Source: Macrostomum lignano (lineage: Eukaryota). Taken from it: 64,000 nucleotides of DNA. The stretch's first letter is position 1. Each line of letters opens with the position of its first letter. The position numbers and the translations under genes are program-made. The notes under the pieces are model-generated. The model searched no databases and was not told the origin of the DNA. It worked only from the letters and a program-made list of their open reading frames with translations. Shown here one piece after another: positions 51,033 to 64,000 of this stretch. The stretch covers positions 62,001 through 126,000 of the forward strand of contig NIVC01002848.1 in NCBI GenBank assembly GCA_002269645.1, in the 5' to 3' direction.

Positions 51033-51560
51033 TAAGTATCACTTCTGTAAAAGCAATCTCTGTATTAATTACGAGTATTTTATTATCGACTTCTATAACT
51101 TGACAAAAATATGGGAGAAAAGGCGTATACATCATAGGAGAAGCTCTTTGCTTGAACGGGATGGGCTGTGAATCAAGCGAGGGAAACCTCGGAGAAGCAT
51201 TGAGACTAATGGCATTCTGGACAGCAGGAAAGAAACCGTAGCCATGCAGGATGTAAAATTGATCCTGGGAAGTGAGTTGGCAAGAAAATCCCTTACTGCA
51301 CTATTGCCGCTGCTGCTGTCTTAGTCAATACTTTTCTCTTACCTTAGCAGCTAGCTACGAACGATAGCTAAATACGATTAATACTTTTTCTATAGTCACT
51401 ATTTTTCATGTCAGCCTCTATCAGCTGATCAGCTGCACCGCACTTAAGGTCTAATCGAATAGGCTATGTTACTATTATCTACAGTGTATTAATCAGCAAA
51501 CCATTCCATAAATAAATAGTTTTAGCTCAAGGCTATTTAATAGCCTTGGTCACTTACAGT

Positions 51561-52142
51561 CCCTAGTCAACTAATCATGCTTATCAGTGTTCGTCACTCC
51601 CTTATCACTCCCCTGTCAACTAATCATGCTTATCAGTGTTCGTCACTCCCTTATCACTCCCTAGTCAAATAATCATCCTTATCAGTGTTCGTCACTCCCT
51701 TATCACTCCCTAGTCAACTAATCATGCTTATCAGTGTTCGTCACTCCCTTATCACTCCCTAGTCAACTAATCATGCTTATCAGTGTTCGTCACTCCCTTA
51801 TCACTCCCTAGTCAACTAATCATGCTTATCAGTGTTCGTCACTCCCTTATCACTCCCTAGTCAAATAATCATCCTTATCAGTGTTCGTCACTCCCTTATC
51901 ACTCCCTAGTCAACTAATCATGCTTATCAGTGTTCGTCACTCCCTTATCACTCCCTAGTCAACTAATCATGCTTATCAGTGTTCGTCACTCCCTTATCAC
52001 TCCCTAGTCAAATAATCATCCTTATCAGTGTTCGTCACTCCCTTATCACTCCCTAGTCAACTAATCATGCTTATCAGTGTTCGTCACTTCCTTATCACTC
52101 CCTAGTCAACTAATCATGCTTATCAGTGTTCGTCACTCCCAC
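51561..52142. repeat. 49-bp minisatellite upstream of the innexin
   Basis: Unit CTAGTCAACTAATCATGCTTATCAGTGTTCGTCACTCCCTTATCACTCC, about 12 copies. Confidence 0.97.
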
Positions 52143-52412
52143 TCCATGATTAATTATCTAATTACCGGATAAGTCCCGAATAATCTTCATCACTTCAAGT
52201 CTCGTGCCCCCGTCTGCGGGCCCAGCCTCAACAGCAGCTATAGCTAACCCATCTTGCGCATAGTCGGCAAACTTAGTCGCTTCCAATGTAGCAGAGTTTT
52301 AAGAGAGAAAAAACCAGATTCTAGTTATGGAGACAAGAAAAAGGCAGACTCCCAAAGCCTGCACTCTGTCAGCTCGCTACCGAACTGCGCATTGTAGGGC
52401 ACAGCCTACATG

Positions 52413-52420
52413 TATATAAA
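52413..52420 (+). promoter_or_regulatory. Candidate TATA box of the innexin
   Basis: TATATAAA about 90 bp upstream of the ATG at 52505. Confidence 0.35.
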
Positions 52421-52504
52421 TTCGATACCAAGGATAGAAAGCTTTGCAGCTTAGATAATTCAACCCTTTAATAATAAACTCCAATTCTATTATCTCCAAC
52501 CACA

Positions 52505-55500
52505 ATGCTAGGCTTAGATTTTGTCGATTTTGTGCAGAAATGGCAGATTTCAAATTACGTAAGCGTTGAAGATTTCGCGGACAAGTTTAATTCGCTGTTC
52601 AGCACCCTACTGCTGATCCTATGCGCGCTGATTATCTCCGCTAAGCAGTACGTCATGCAAGCCCTCAGCTGCAACTGTCCCAAAACTAATGCCGGAAAAA
52701 CTATTGAGTACGTTGAGAACTTCTGCTGGGTCACCGGGACTTACGCGATTGGCGAGCACGAGGAACTGCCAGTAAAGGAAGCCGGGTGGAAGCTGTTTGA
52801 GTCCAGGCGGATCAGTGAGAAGTTTTTATGAGTTTATTTTTGCGCGTTCCTGTTGAGAACATTAGCAGGAAAAACGAGAGAGCAAGCCTCGATAGAGCAT
52901 GAGAAACGTGAGAGCAAGTCTCGATGGAGCATGAGAAACGTGAGAGCAAGTCTCGATAGAGCATGAGAAACGTGAGAGCAAGTCTCGATGGAGCATGAGA
53001 AACGTGAGAGCAAGTCTCGATGGAGCATGAGAAACGTGAGAGCAAGTCTCGATGGAGCATGAGAAACGTGAGAGCAAGTCTCGATGGAGCATGAGAAACG
53101 TGAGAGCAAGTCTCGATGGAGCATGAGAAACGTGAGAGCAAGTCTCGATGGAGCATGAGAAACGTGAGAGCAAGTCTCGATAGAGCATGAGAAACATGAG
53201 AGAAAGTCTTGATAGAGCATGAGAAACGTGAGAGCAAGTCTCGATAGAGCATGAGAAACATAAGAGAAAGTCTCGTTAGAGCATGAGAAATTGAGAGCGT
53301 ACACAACCGCCCCGAGCAAGACACTGCTCAGATTCTACTCAGCAAGTATTTTAACAAAAATGTAACAAAGACACAATCACACGCCAAATAAAACATTTCA
53401 GATTACTACCAATGGGTGCCATTCATGCTAGGCCTACAATGCGTCATGTTCTATCTGCCGCATCTAATCTGGGTTGCTATAGTAACAAATCGACTTGGTT
53501 CAGACGCGCAATACCTAGTAACGGAAGCCGCTTCGGTTGCTAAGGAAACCAGCATTGATCGCCGCGATCAGGTGTTGAATCACCTGGCTAATTCGGTGCT
53601 GCACATGCAGACCGTACACCGGGAGTACAGCGATGGCCGATTGGCCAAATTCCGTAGCAAGCTGGTCCGCCTAGCCGGAGTCTGCTTTCCCAGCAAGCGA
53701 CTTGGCACGGCGCTGGTGTTTGCCTACCTGCTTGTCAAGCTGCTGTACCTGGCTAACTGCTTCGGTCAGCTGTTCCTAATGCACAGCTTCCTCGGCCTTG
53801 GCGGGCATCATTTGGCGGTTACTAACCGTACCGCTGGAAGCTTGAATACCGCTGCCCGTCCCGGCTTGCTCGCCGAGATGCTGGGCTGGGACCTGGTGGC
53901 TGCCGTAGCCAGCGGGCGCGACTGGCACTCTGGCATGTTCCCGAGGTCCACCCTGTGCCGAGTCAGACTGCTCAGCGTCGGTCACGAGGTTCTGGTGTGC
54001 CAGTGCGCACTGCCGGTCAATATGCTCAATGAAAAGGTAGAGCAAGGGGGATTGTGGAGTGGATGTTTTTACATTGAGCCCTTCTAGAGACCCTGACACT
54101 CTTTAGGAAGACCCTGACACTCTTCAGGAGACCCTGACACTCTTTAGGGAGACCCTGACACTCTTCTAGAGACCCTAACACTCTTCAGGAGACCCTGACA
54201 CTCTTCAGGGGACCCTGACAGTCTTCAAAAGACCCTGACACCCTTCTAGAGACCCTGACACTCTTCAGGAGACCCTGACAGTCTTCAAGAGACCCTGACA
54301 CCATTCTAGAGACCCTGACACTCTTTAGGAAGACCCTGACACTCTTTAGGGAGACCCTGACACTCTTCTAGAGACCCTGACACTCTTCAAGAGACCCTGA
54401 CACTCTTCAGGAGACCCTGACAATCTTCTAGAGACCCTGACACTCTTCAGGAGACCCTGACACTCTTCAGGGGATCCTGACAGTCTTCAAGAGACCCTGA
54501 CACCCTTCTAGAGACCCTGACACTCTTCAGGAGACCCTGACACTCTTCAGGAGACCCTGACACTCTTCAGGGGACCCTGACACTCTTCAGGAGACCCTGA
54601 CACTCTTCAGGGGATCCTGACAGTCTTCAAGAGACCCTGACACTCTTCAGGAGACCCTGACACTCTTCAGGGGACCCTGACAGTCTTCAAGAGACCCTGA
54701 CACTCTTAAAGAGACCCTGACACTCTTCAAGAGACCCTGACACCCTTCTAGAGACCCTGACACACTAGAGACCCTGACACACTAGACAGCCCGACACCCT
54801 AGAGACCCTGACACCCTAAAGACCCTGACACGCTTTTAGGGACCAAAAAAGACCTACAAGAGTTCCTGACACATTTCTGACTGAATTTGAGCATGAATAA
54901 GCACACAGCAACCCTGCAGAACTTATATAAATTAATCAATCAATTAAAACAAACTAAATTGTTATGGAACAAAATGGGCAAAAGCTAGTGTCTCAATAGA
55001 TTATTAATACGTCACAGATCCAAGCCCGAAAGCATTTAAAACTGCACTACATCAGTTCAAAGCTTTAGTGCGAATGTTATTTTTAATTTAAAAACTGGAT
55101 CCCCAGTTTTTTCTTTTGTTTAAGTCTGCTATCTCAGCAAACCACCAAATGAAAGCTGAAACTGTGCGAAATTATGCTGACTCGGCAAAATTTTAGCAAA
55201 GTTTTTTGCAAGTAGCTCGCTACCAAAATCTTTTTCATTTCTGCAACATCAGGGGTCTGATTACTGGTTTGCTATCCAGTTTTTGCGTCTGCTTTTGTCG
55301 CTCAAGAAAAGAATCCGAACATTTTTCTTTCCGTGGAGCTCGGCATTGACTTTGAATACAGCAGTGTGAAAGTTTTACATCCAAAACGGCAGAGGGAGAG
55401 ACAGAGGGAGAGACAGAGGGAGAGACAGAGGGAGAGACAGAGGGAGAGACAGAGGGAGAGACAGAGGGAGAGACAGAGGGAGAAGGAGAGGGAGACACAG

Positions 55501-58500
55501 AGGGAGAGACAGAGGGAGACACAGAGGGAGAGACGGAGGGAGAGACAGAGGGAGAGACAGAGGGAGAGACCGAGGGAGAGACAGAGGGAGAGACAGAGGG
55601 AGAGACAGAGGGAGAGACAGAGGGAGAGACAATGAGAGATAGAGGGAGAGACAGAGGGAGAGACAGAGGGAGAGACAATGAGAGATAGAGGGAGAGACAG
55701 AGGGAGAGACCGAGGGAGAGACAGAGGGAGAGACAGAGGGAGAGACAGAGGGAGAGACGGAGGAAGAGCCAGAGGGAGACACAGAGGGAGAGACAGAGGG
55801 AGACACAGAGGGAGAGACGGAGGGAGAGCCAGAGAAAGAGACAGAGGGAGAGAGAGAGGGAGAGACAGAGGGAGAGACAGTGAGACACGGAGGGAGAGAC
55901 AGAGGGAGAGACAGAGGGAGAGACAGAGGGAGAGACAGAGGGAGAGACAGAGGGAGAGACAGGGAGAGACGGAGGGAGAAACAAAGGGAGAGGGAGAGAC
56001 AGAGGGAGAGACAGAGGGAGAGACAGAGGGAGAGACAGAGGGAGAGACGGAGGGAGAGACAGAGGGAGAGACAGAGGGAGACACAGAGGGAGAGACGGAG
56101 GGAGAACCAGAGGGAGAGACAGAGGGAGAGACCGAGGGAGAGACAGAGGGAGAGACAGAGGGAGAGACAGAGGGAGAGACAGAGGGAGAGACCGAGGGAG
56201 AGACAGAGGGAGAGACAGAGGGAGAGACAATGAGAGATAGAGGGAGAGACAGAAAGAGAGACAGAGGGAGAGACAGAGGGAGAGACAGAGGGAGAGACGG
56301 AGGAAGAGCCAGAGGGAGACACAGAGGGAGAGACAGAGGGAGACACAGAGGGAGAGACAGAGGGAGAGACAGAGGGAGAGACAATGAGAGATAGAGGGAG
56401 AGACAGAGGGAGAGACAGAGGGAGAGACAGAGGGAGAGACAGAGGGAGAGACAGAGGGAGAGACGGAGGGAGAGACAGAGGGAGAGACGGAGGGAGAGCC
56501 AGAGGGAGAGACAGAGGGAGAGACAGAGGGAGAGACAATGAGAGATAGAGGGAGAGACAGAGGGAGAGACAGAGGGGGACAGAGGGAGAGACAGAGGGAG
56601 AGACGGAGGGAGAAACAGAGGGAGAGACAGAGGGAGAGACCGAGGGAGAGACAGAGGGAGAGACAGAGGGAGAGACAATGAGAGATAGAGGGAGAGACAG
56701 AGGGAGAGACAGAGGGAGAGACAGAGGGAGAGACAGAGGGAGAGACGGAGGAAGAGCCAGAGGGAGAGACAGAGGGAGAGACAGAGGGAGAGACCGAGGG
56801 AGAGACAGAGGGAGAGACAGAGGGAGAGACAATGAGAGATAGAGGGAGAGACAGAGGGAGTGACAGAGGGAGAGACAGAGGGAGAGACAGAGGGAGAGAC
56901 GGAGGAAGAGCCAGAGGGAGACACAGAGGGAGAGACAGAGGGAGACACAGAGGGAGAGACGGAGGGAGAGCCAGAGGAAGAGACAGAGGGAGAGACAGAG
57001 GGAGAGACAGAGGGAGAGACAGTGAGAGATAGAGGGAGAGACAGAGGGAGAGACAGAGGGAGAGACCGAGGGAGAGACAGAGGGAGAGACAGAGGGAGAG
57101 ACAGGGAGAGACGGAGGGAGAAACAAAGGGAGAGGAAGAGACAGAGGGAGAGACAGAGGGAGAGACAGAGGGAGAGACAGAGGGAGAGACGGAGGGAGAG
57201 ACGGAGGGAGAGACAGAGGGAGACACAGAGGGAGAGACGGAGGGAGAACCAGAGGGAGAGACAGAGGGAGAGACAGTGAGAGAGACAGAGGGAGAGACAG
57301 TGAGAGACAGAGGGAGAGACAGAGGGAGACACAGAGGGAGAGACGGAGGGAGAGACAGAGGGAGAGACAGAGGGAGAGACAGAGGGAGAGACCGAGGGAG
57401 AGACAGAGGGAGAGACAGAGGGAGACACAGAGGGAGAGACGGAGGGAGAACCAGAGGGAGAGACAATGAGAGATAGAGGGAGAGACAGAGGGAGAGACAG
57501 AGGGGGACAGAGGGAGAGACAGAGGGAGAGACAGAGGGAGAGACAGAGGGAGAGACAGGGAGAGACGGAGGGAGACACAGAGGGAGAGACAGAGGGAGAG
57601 ACAGAGGGAGAGACAGAGGGAGAGACGGAGGGAGAGCCAGAGGGAGAGACAGAGGGAGAGACAGAGGGAGAGACGGAGGGAGAGCCAGAGGGAGAGACAG
57701 AGGGAGAGACAGAGGGAGAGACAGAGGGAGACACAGTGGGAGAGACGGAGGGAGAGACAGAGAGAGACAGAGGGAGAGACAGAGGGAGAGACAGAGGGAG
57801 AGACAGAGGGAGAGACAGAGGGAGAGACAGAGGGAGAGACAGAGGGAGAGACCGAGGGAGAGACAGAGGGAGAGACAGAGGGAGAGACAATGAGAGATAA
57901 AGGGAGAGACAGAGGGAGAGACAGAGGGAGAGACAGAGGGAGAGACAGAGGGAGAGACGGAGGAAGAGCCAGAGGGAGACACAGAGGGAGAGACAGAGGG
58001 AGACACAGAGGGAGAGACGGAGGGAGAGCCAGAGGAAGAGACAGAGGGAGAGACAGAGGGAGAGACAGAGGGAGAGACAGTGAGAGATAGAGGGAGAGAC
58101 AGAGGGAGAGACAGAGGGAGAGACAGAGGGAGAGACAGAGGGAGAGACAGAGGGAGAGACAGGGAGAGACGGAGGGAGACACAGAGGGAGAGACAGAGGG
58201 AGAGACAGAGGGAGAGACAGAGGGAGAGACGGAGGGAGAGCCAGAGGGAGAGACAGAGGGAGAGACAGAGGGAGAGACGGAGGGAGAGCCAGAGGGAGAG
58301 ACAGAGGGAGAGACAGAGGGAGAGACAGAGGGAGACACAGTGGGAGAGACGGAGGGAGAGACAGAGAGAGACAGAGGGAGAGACAGAGGGAGAGACAGAG
58401 GGAGAGACAGAGGGAGAGACAGAGGGAGAGACAGAGGGAGAGACAGAGGGAGACAGAGGGAGAGACAGAGGGAGAGACAGAGGGAGAGACAGAGAGAGAC

Positions 58501-61500
58501 AGAGAGAGACAGAGGGAGAGACAGAGAGAGAGACAGGGAGAGACAGAGGGAGAGACAGAGGGAGAGACAGAGGGAGAGACAGAGAGAGACAGAGGGAGAG
58601 ACAGAGGGAGAGACAGAGAGAGACAGAGGGAGAGACAGAGAGAGAGACAGGGAGAGACGGAGGGAGAGCCAGAGGGAGAGACAGAGGGAGAGACAGAGGG
58701 AGAGACGGAGGGAGAGCCAGAGGGAGAGACAGAGGGAGAGACAGAGAGAGAGACAGAGGGAGACACAGAGGGAGAGACAGAGGGAGAGCCAGAGGGAGAG
58801 ACAGAGGGAGAGACAGAGGGAGAGACAGAGGGAGACACAGTGGGAGAGACGGAGGGAGAGACAGAGAGAGACAGAGGGAGAGACAGAGGGAGAGACAGAG
58901 GGAGAGACAGAGGGAGAGACAGAGGGAGAGACAGAGGGAGAGACAGAGGGAGACAGAGGGAGAGACAGAGGGAGAGACAGAGGGAGAGACAGAGAGAGAC
59001 AGAGAGAGACAGAGGGAGAGACAGAGAGAGAGACAGGGAGAGACAGAGGGAGAGACAGAGGGAGAGACAGAGGGAGAGACAGAGAGAGACAGAGGGAGAG
59101 ACAGAGGGAGAGACAGAGAGAGACAGAGGGAGAGACAGAGAGAGAGACAGGGAGAGACGGAGGGAGAGCCAGAGGGAGAGACAGAGGGAGAGACAGAGGG
59201 AGAGACGGAGGGAGAGCCAGAGGGAGAGACAGAGGGAGAGACAGAGAGAGAGACAGAGGGAGACACAGAGGGAGAGACAGAGGGAGAGCCAGAGGGAGAG
59301 ACAGAGGGAGAGACAGAGGGAGAGACAGAGGGAGACACAGTGGGAGAGACGGAGGGAGAGACAGAGAGAGACAGAGGGAGAGACAGAGGGAGAGACAGAG
59401 GGAGAGACAGAGGGAGAGACAGAGGGAGAGACAGAGGGAGAGACAGAGAGAGACAGAGGGAGAGACAGAGGGAGAGACAGAGGGAGAGACAGAGAGAGAG
59501 ACAGGGAGAGACAGAGGGAGAGACAGAGGGAGAGACAGAGGGAGAGACAGAGAGAGAGACAGAGGGAGAGACAGAGGGAGAGACAGAGAGAGACAGAGGG
59601 AGAGACAGAGAGAGAGACAGGGAGAGACGGAGGGAGAGCCAGAGGGAGAGACAGAGGGAGAGACAGAGGGAGAGACCTAGGGAGAGCCAGAGGGAGAGAC
59701 AGAGGGAGAGACAGAGGGAGAGACAGAGGGAGACACAGAGGGAGAGACAGAGGGAGAGACAGAGGGAGAGACAGAGGGAGAGACGGAGGGAGAGACAGAG
59801 GGAGAGACCGAGGGAGAGACAGAGGGAGAGACAGAGGGAGAGACAGAGGGAGAGACAGAGGGAGAGACGGAGGGAGAGCCAGAGGGAGAAACAAAGGGAG
59901 AGGGAGAGACGGAGGGAGAGCCAGAGGGAGAGACCGAGGGAGAGACAGAGGGAGAGACAGAGGGAGAGACAGAGGGAGAGACGGATGGAGAGCCAGGCGG
60001 AGAGACAGAGGGAGAGACAGAGGGAGAGGGAGAGACGGAGGGAGAGCCAGAGGGAGAGACAGAGGGAGAGACAGAGGGAGAGACGGAGGGAGAGCCAGAG
60101 GGAGAGACAGAGGGAGAGACAGAGGGAGAGACAGAGGGAGAGACAGAGAGAGACAGAGGGAGAGACAGAGGGAGAGACAGAGGGAGAGACAGAGAGAGAC
60201 AGAGGGAGAGACAGAGGGAGAGACAGAGGGAGAGACAGAGAGAGACAGAGAGAGACAGAGGGAGAGACAGAGAGAGAGACAGGGAGAGACAGAGGGAGAG
60301 ACAGAGGGAGAGACAGAGGGAGAGACAGAGAGAGAGACAGAGGGAGAGACAGAGGGAGAGACAGAGAGAGACAGAGGGAGAGACAGAGGGAGAGACAGAG
60401 GGAGAGACAGAGAGAGACAGAGGGAGAGACAGAGGGAGAGACAGAGGGAGAGACAGAGGGAGAGACAGAGGGAGAGACAGAGGGAGAGACAGAGGGAGAG
60501 ACAGAGGGAGAGACAGAGGGAGAGACGGAGGGAGAGCCAGAGGGAGAAACAAAGGGAGAGGAGAGACGGAGGGAGAGCAGAGGGAGAGACAGAGGGAGAG
60601 ACAGAGGGAGAGACAGAGGGAGAGACAGAGGGAGAGACGGAGGGAGAGCCAGAGGGAGAAACAAAGGGAGAGGAGAGACGGAGGGAGAGCAGAGGGAGAG
60701 ACAGAGGGAGAGACAGAGGGAGAGACAGAGGGAGAGACAGAGGGAGAGACGGATGGAGAGCCAGAGGGAGAGACAGAGGGAGAGACAGAGAGAGACAGAG
60801 GGAGAGACAGAGAGAGACAGAGAGAGACAGAGGGAGAGACAGAGAGAGAGACAGGGAGAGACAGAGGGAGAGACAGAGGGAGAGACCGAGGGAGAGACAG
60901 AGGGAGAGACAGAGGGAGAGACAGAGGGAGAGACAGAGGGAGAGACGGAGGGAGAGCCAGAGGGAGAAACAAAGGGAGAGGGAGAGACGGAGGGAGAGCC
61001 AGAGGGAGAGACAGAGGGAGAGACAGAGGGAGAGACAGAGGGAGAGACAGAGGGAGAGACGGAGGGAGAGCCAGAGGGAGAAACAAAGGGAGAGGGAGAG
61101 ACGGAGGGAGAGCCAGAGGGAGAGACCGAGGGAGAGACAGAGGGAGAGACAGTGGGAGAGACAGAGGGAGAGACGGATGGAGAGCCAGAGGGAGAGACAG
61201 AGGGAGAGACAGAGAGAGACAGAGGGAGAGACAGAGAGAGACAGAGAGAGACAGAGGGAGAGACAGAGAGAGAGACAGGGAGAGACAGAGGGAGAGACAG
61301 AGGGAGAGACAGAGGGAGAGACAGAGGGAGAGACAGAGGGAGAGACAGAGGGAGAGACAGGCGGAGAGACAGAGGGAGAGACAGGGAGAGACAATGAGAG
61401 ATAGAGGGAGAGACAGAGTGAGAGACAGGCAGAGAGACAGAGGGAGAGACAGAGGGAGAGAGGGGGATCGAGACAGAGGGAGAGACAGAGGGAGAGACAG

Positions 61501-62211
61501 AGGGGGACAGAGGGAGAAACAGAGGGAGAGAGAGGGAGAGACAGAGGGAGAAACAAAGGGAGAGGGAGAGACAGAGGGAGAGACAGAGGGAGAGACAGAG
61601 GGGGACAGAGGGAGAGACAGAGGGAGAGACAGAGGGAGAGACAGAGGGAGTGACAGAGGGAGAGACAGAGGGAGACAGAGTGAGTTTCAGAATAGCAGAA
61701 GCAGGTAGCGGGAATCATGCTCAGAGGCCATCAACCCCAAGCCAGATGACAAACGCCGCCCCCGCAGGTGTACATGATGCTGTGGCTGTGGACCCTGGCG
61801 GCAGCCTTCATCACGGTGCTCTCCGTGCCAGTCTGGTTTGCCAGAGTCGGCCTCCGAGTCAGCAGAATTCGCTTCATCCGACGCCAGCTGCTGCTGTCCC
61901 AGACTCCAATAATGACTGGCCATGAATATCGGTCAGCCAGCACTGGCAAACCCAGATTAGTCGCAGATAAGTGCAACTTTGCCAAGATGGCCAAAGACAT
62001 GGTGGACAACCTGCTGCACGCTGACGGCGTGTTCCTGTTCAAGATGATGCAGCTGAATGCAGGCGACGTCGCCGCGGGCCAAGTGCTGCGTCGGCTGTAC
62101 GAGAACTGGAAGCATCAGCTGGCCGACACGCCGGCAGAGAAGTTGACGATAAGTGAGCCTGGCCAGGAGAAACCGCCGAAAACTTCGGAGAAGAACTTAG
62201 TAGTAGTGTGA
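52505..62211 (+). CDS. inx: Innexin (gap junction protein), 3 exons, about 462 aa
   Basis: Exons 52505-52814, 53402-54036 and 61768-62211 have GT-AG ends and matching phases (1389 nt). Motifs: EDFADKFN, AKQY...SC, ENFCWV, the spliced junction NYYQWVPF, FPRSTLC, QCALPVNMLNEK|VYMMLWLW, LHADGVFLFKMM. Confidence 0.96.
52880..53292. repeat. 32-bp minisatellite in innexin intron 1
   Basis: Unit GAGCATGAGAAACGTGAGAGCAAGTCTCGATG. Confidence 0.97.
54085..54830. repeat. 20-21-bp minisatellite in innexin intron 2
   Basis: Unit GAGACCCTGACACTCTTCAG. Confidence 0.97.
55390..61680. repeat. About 6.3-kb purine-rich (AGAGGGAGAGAC)n satellite in innexin intron 2
   Basis: 12-bp unit with variants; the + strand is almost devoid of T, which produces the huge stop-free ORFs. 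Confidence 0.99.
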
Positions 62212-62404
62212 ACTTGTTGACGTTAGCAACGGGTCCAAAGTTTTTTTTTAAAGTTTACTTTGGATACAGTGGTTGAAACCAAAAACTGAATGTTGAAGAC
62301 TTTAAAAACTACCAGTTGAAAGTTGCTAAAATAAGTTTTTGTTTTGTCCAGTATTCAAGGTATATCGACCGTTGCTATGGCCAGGTTATGATCAAGTGAC
62401 TTAT

Positions 62405-63200
62405 TGAGGAGAGTTATGATCATTCGGCTCATTGGGGAGAGGGTTATGATTATTAGAGTCATTGGGGAGAGGGTTATGATCATTCAGCTCATTGGGGAGA
62501 GGGTTATGATCATTCGGCTTATTGGGGAGAGGTTAATGATCATTAGGGTCATTGGGGAGAGGATTATGATCATTCGGCTCATTGGGGGAGAGAGTTATGA
62601 TCATTCGGCTCATTGGGGAGAGGTTTATGATCATTCGGCTCATTGGGGAGAGGGTTATGATCATTCGGCTCATTGGGGAGAGAGTTATGATCATTAGGCT
62701 CATTGGGGAGATGGTTATGATCATTAGGCTCATTGGGGAGGGTTATGATCATTAGGGTCATTTGGGAGAGGGTTATGATCATTAGGCTCATTGGGGAGAG
62801 AGTTATGATCATTCGGCTCATTGGGGGAGAGAGTTATGATCATTCGGCTCATTGGGGAGAGGTTTATGATCATTCGGCTCATTGGGGAGAGGGTTATGAT
62901 CATTCGGCTCATTGGGGAGAGAGTTATGATAATTAGGCTCATTGGGGAGAGGGTTATGATCATTAGGCTCATTGGGGAGATGGTTATGATCTTTAGGCTC
63001 ATTGGGGAGGGTTATGATCATTAGGGTCATTGGGGAGAGGGTTATGATCATTAGGCTCATTGGGGAGAGAGTTATGATCATTCGGCTCATTGGGGAGAGA
63101 GTTATGATCATTCGGCTCATTGGGGAGAGGGTTCTGATCATTAGGGTCATTGGGGAGAAGGTTTGATCTTGTGACTTATTGAGGAGAAAGTTATGATCAG
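62405..63200. repeat. About 30-bp minisatellite downstream of the innexin stop
   Basis: Unit TCATTGGGGAGAGGGTTATGATCATTCGGC. Confidence 0.96.
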
Positions 63201-64000
63201 TTTGGTTAATAGGGAGGGCAATGAACTTTTTTGGTTTAGTTAGAGGCAAATTTTCATGCAATTCAGCCTCAGCAATCGCAAACAATATGCTTTTATCAGC
63301 AGTAGCTTTCAAACTTAATTTCCTACAGTTTTTCACTGCAGGTGCATCAGCAACAGCAATATTTTATGCACTGGGATTATGCACCACCCTTGGCCAAAAT
63401 TCACTCTGTTTAAGTTTTTAAAAAAACTGTTTCAGCACTGCAACTACAGTAATAATCGCTAAATTTGATATAATTAAGTGTGCCAGCTGTGCTACCAGTC
63501 AAAAAGTGCTAATTACATGTTTGCATGTATGATTTTCAAAAGTTGATTAGCAATCAATATTTCTTTGCAATTTAAACATCAATTTAATAAATATATCTCT
63601 TGAGCTATAACTTTTAATTTATTGTACTTAACAGGTATTCAAAGTGGCACTCTAGCAAACAGTCTGTGTCAAATTATATCCCAAGCTGATAAGCTACAAG
63701 CGATTTTAAATTTAAATAAATTTTATTTTAGTTAAAAATTGTCCAACAAGACTTCCAAATCAAAGGGTGAAATTTATTTAATTATAAGCTCGAATAAACA
63801 AATCAGTTTGATAAAACAACGATGCACGCGAAATTTGCGTTGCAATAGAAAAATATTAGTATTCATTCATGATTTGAGGACTAATAAATAAAAAATAGTG
63901 AACATTCAACGCAGGTGAAGATGCAGGTGAGGGGAGGCACTGCTAGTTAAATACTCAATTTAGTAGTCACTAACGGTGCATTCTGGTGTTTTAATGAAAA

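Noticed and set aside
55235-61718. Very long ORFs (up to 2138 aa) on both strands
   Set aside because: They are translations of a T-poor 12-bp satellite inside innexin intron 2; the lack of stops is compositional.

Overview
Eukaryotic (invertebrate animal) DNA that is rich in repeats and transposons. The gene content and microsatellite style suggest a lophotrochozoan, plausibly a free-living flatworm such as Macrostomum; this is inference only. Four spliced genes can be reconstructed: (1) an RWamide neuropeptide precursor with 8 GNVFRW-GKR units (16.6-17.3 kb, +); (2) a small 2-exon sialomucin-like membrane protein (29.2-29.9 kb, +); (3) a 6-exon, about 1380-aa transmembrane mucin with PTS-EGF-SEA-EGF-EGF-TM architecture (35.5-41.5 kb, -); (4) a 3-exon innexin (52.5-62.2 kb, +) whose second intron is about 7.7 kb of satellite DNA. 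Mobile DNA includes a decayed Ty3/gypsy element interrupted in its integrase by an I-group/Ingi-like LINE. The LINE has an 8-bp TSD, a (GAA)n tail and a well-formed HDV-like ribozyme fold at its 5' end. Also present are a second gypsy remnant, two diverged LTR-like units, a Tc1/RTE/mariner nest, a P-like foldback MITE plus a 42-bp micro-copy of the same family with its own 8-bp TSD, and an internally deleted Crypton-like tyrosine recombinase element with recombination-site-like termini. About 20 tandem repeat arrays account for most of the long ORFs in the ORF track. No rRNA, tRNA or CRISPR array was found.
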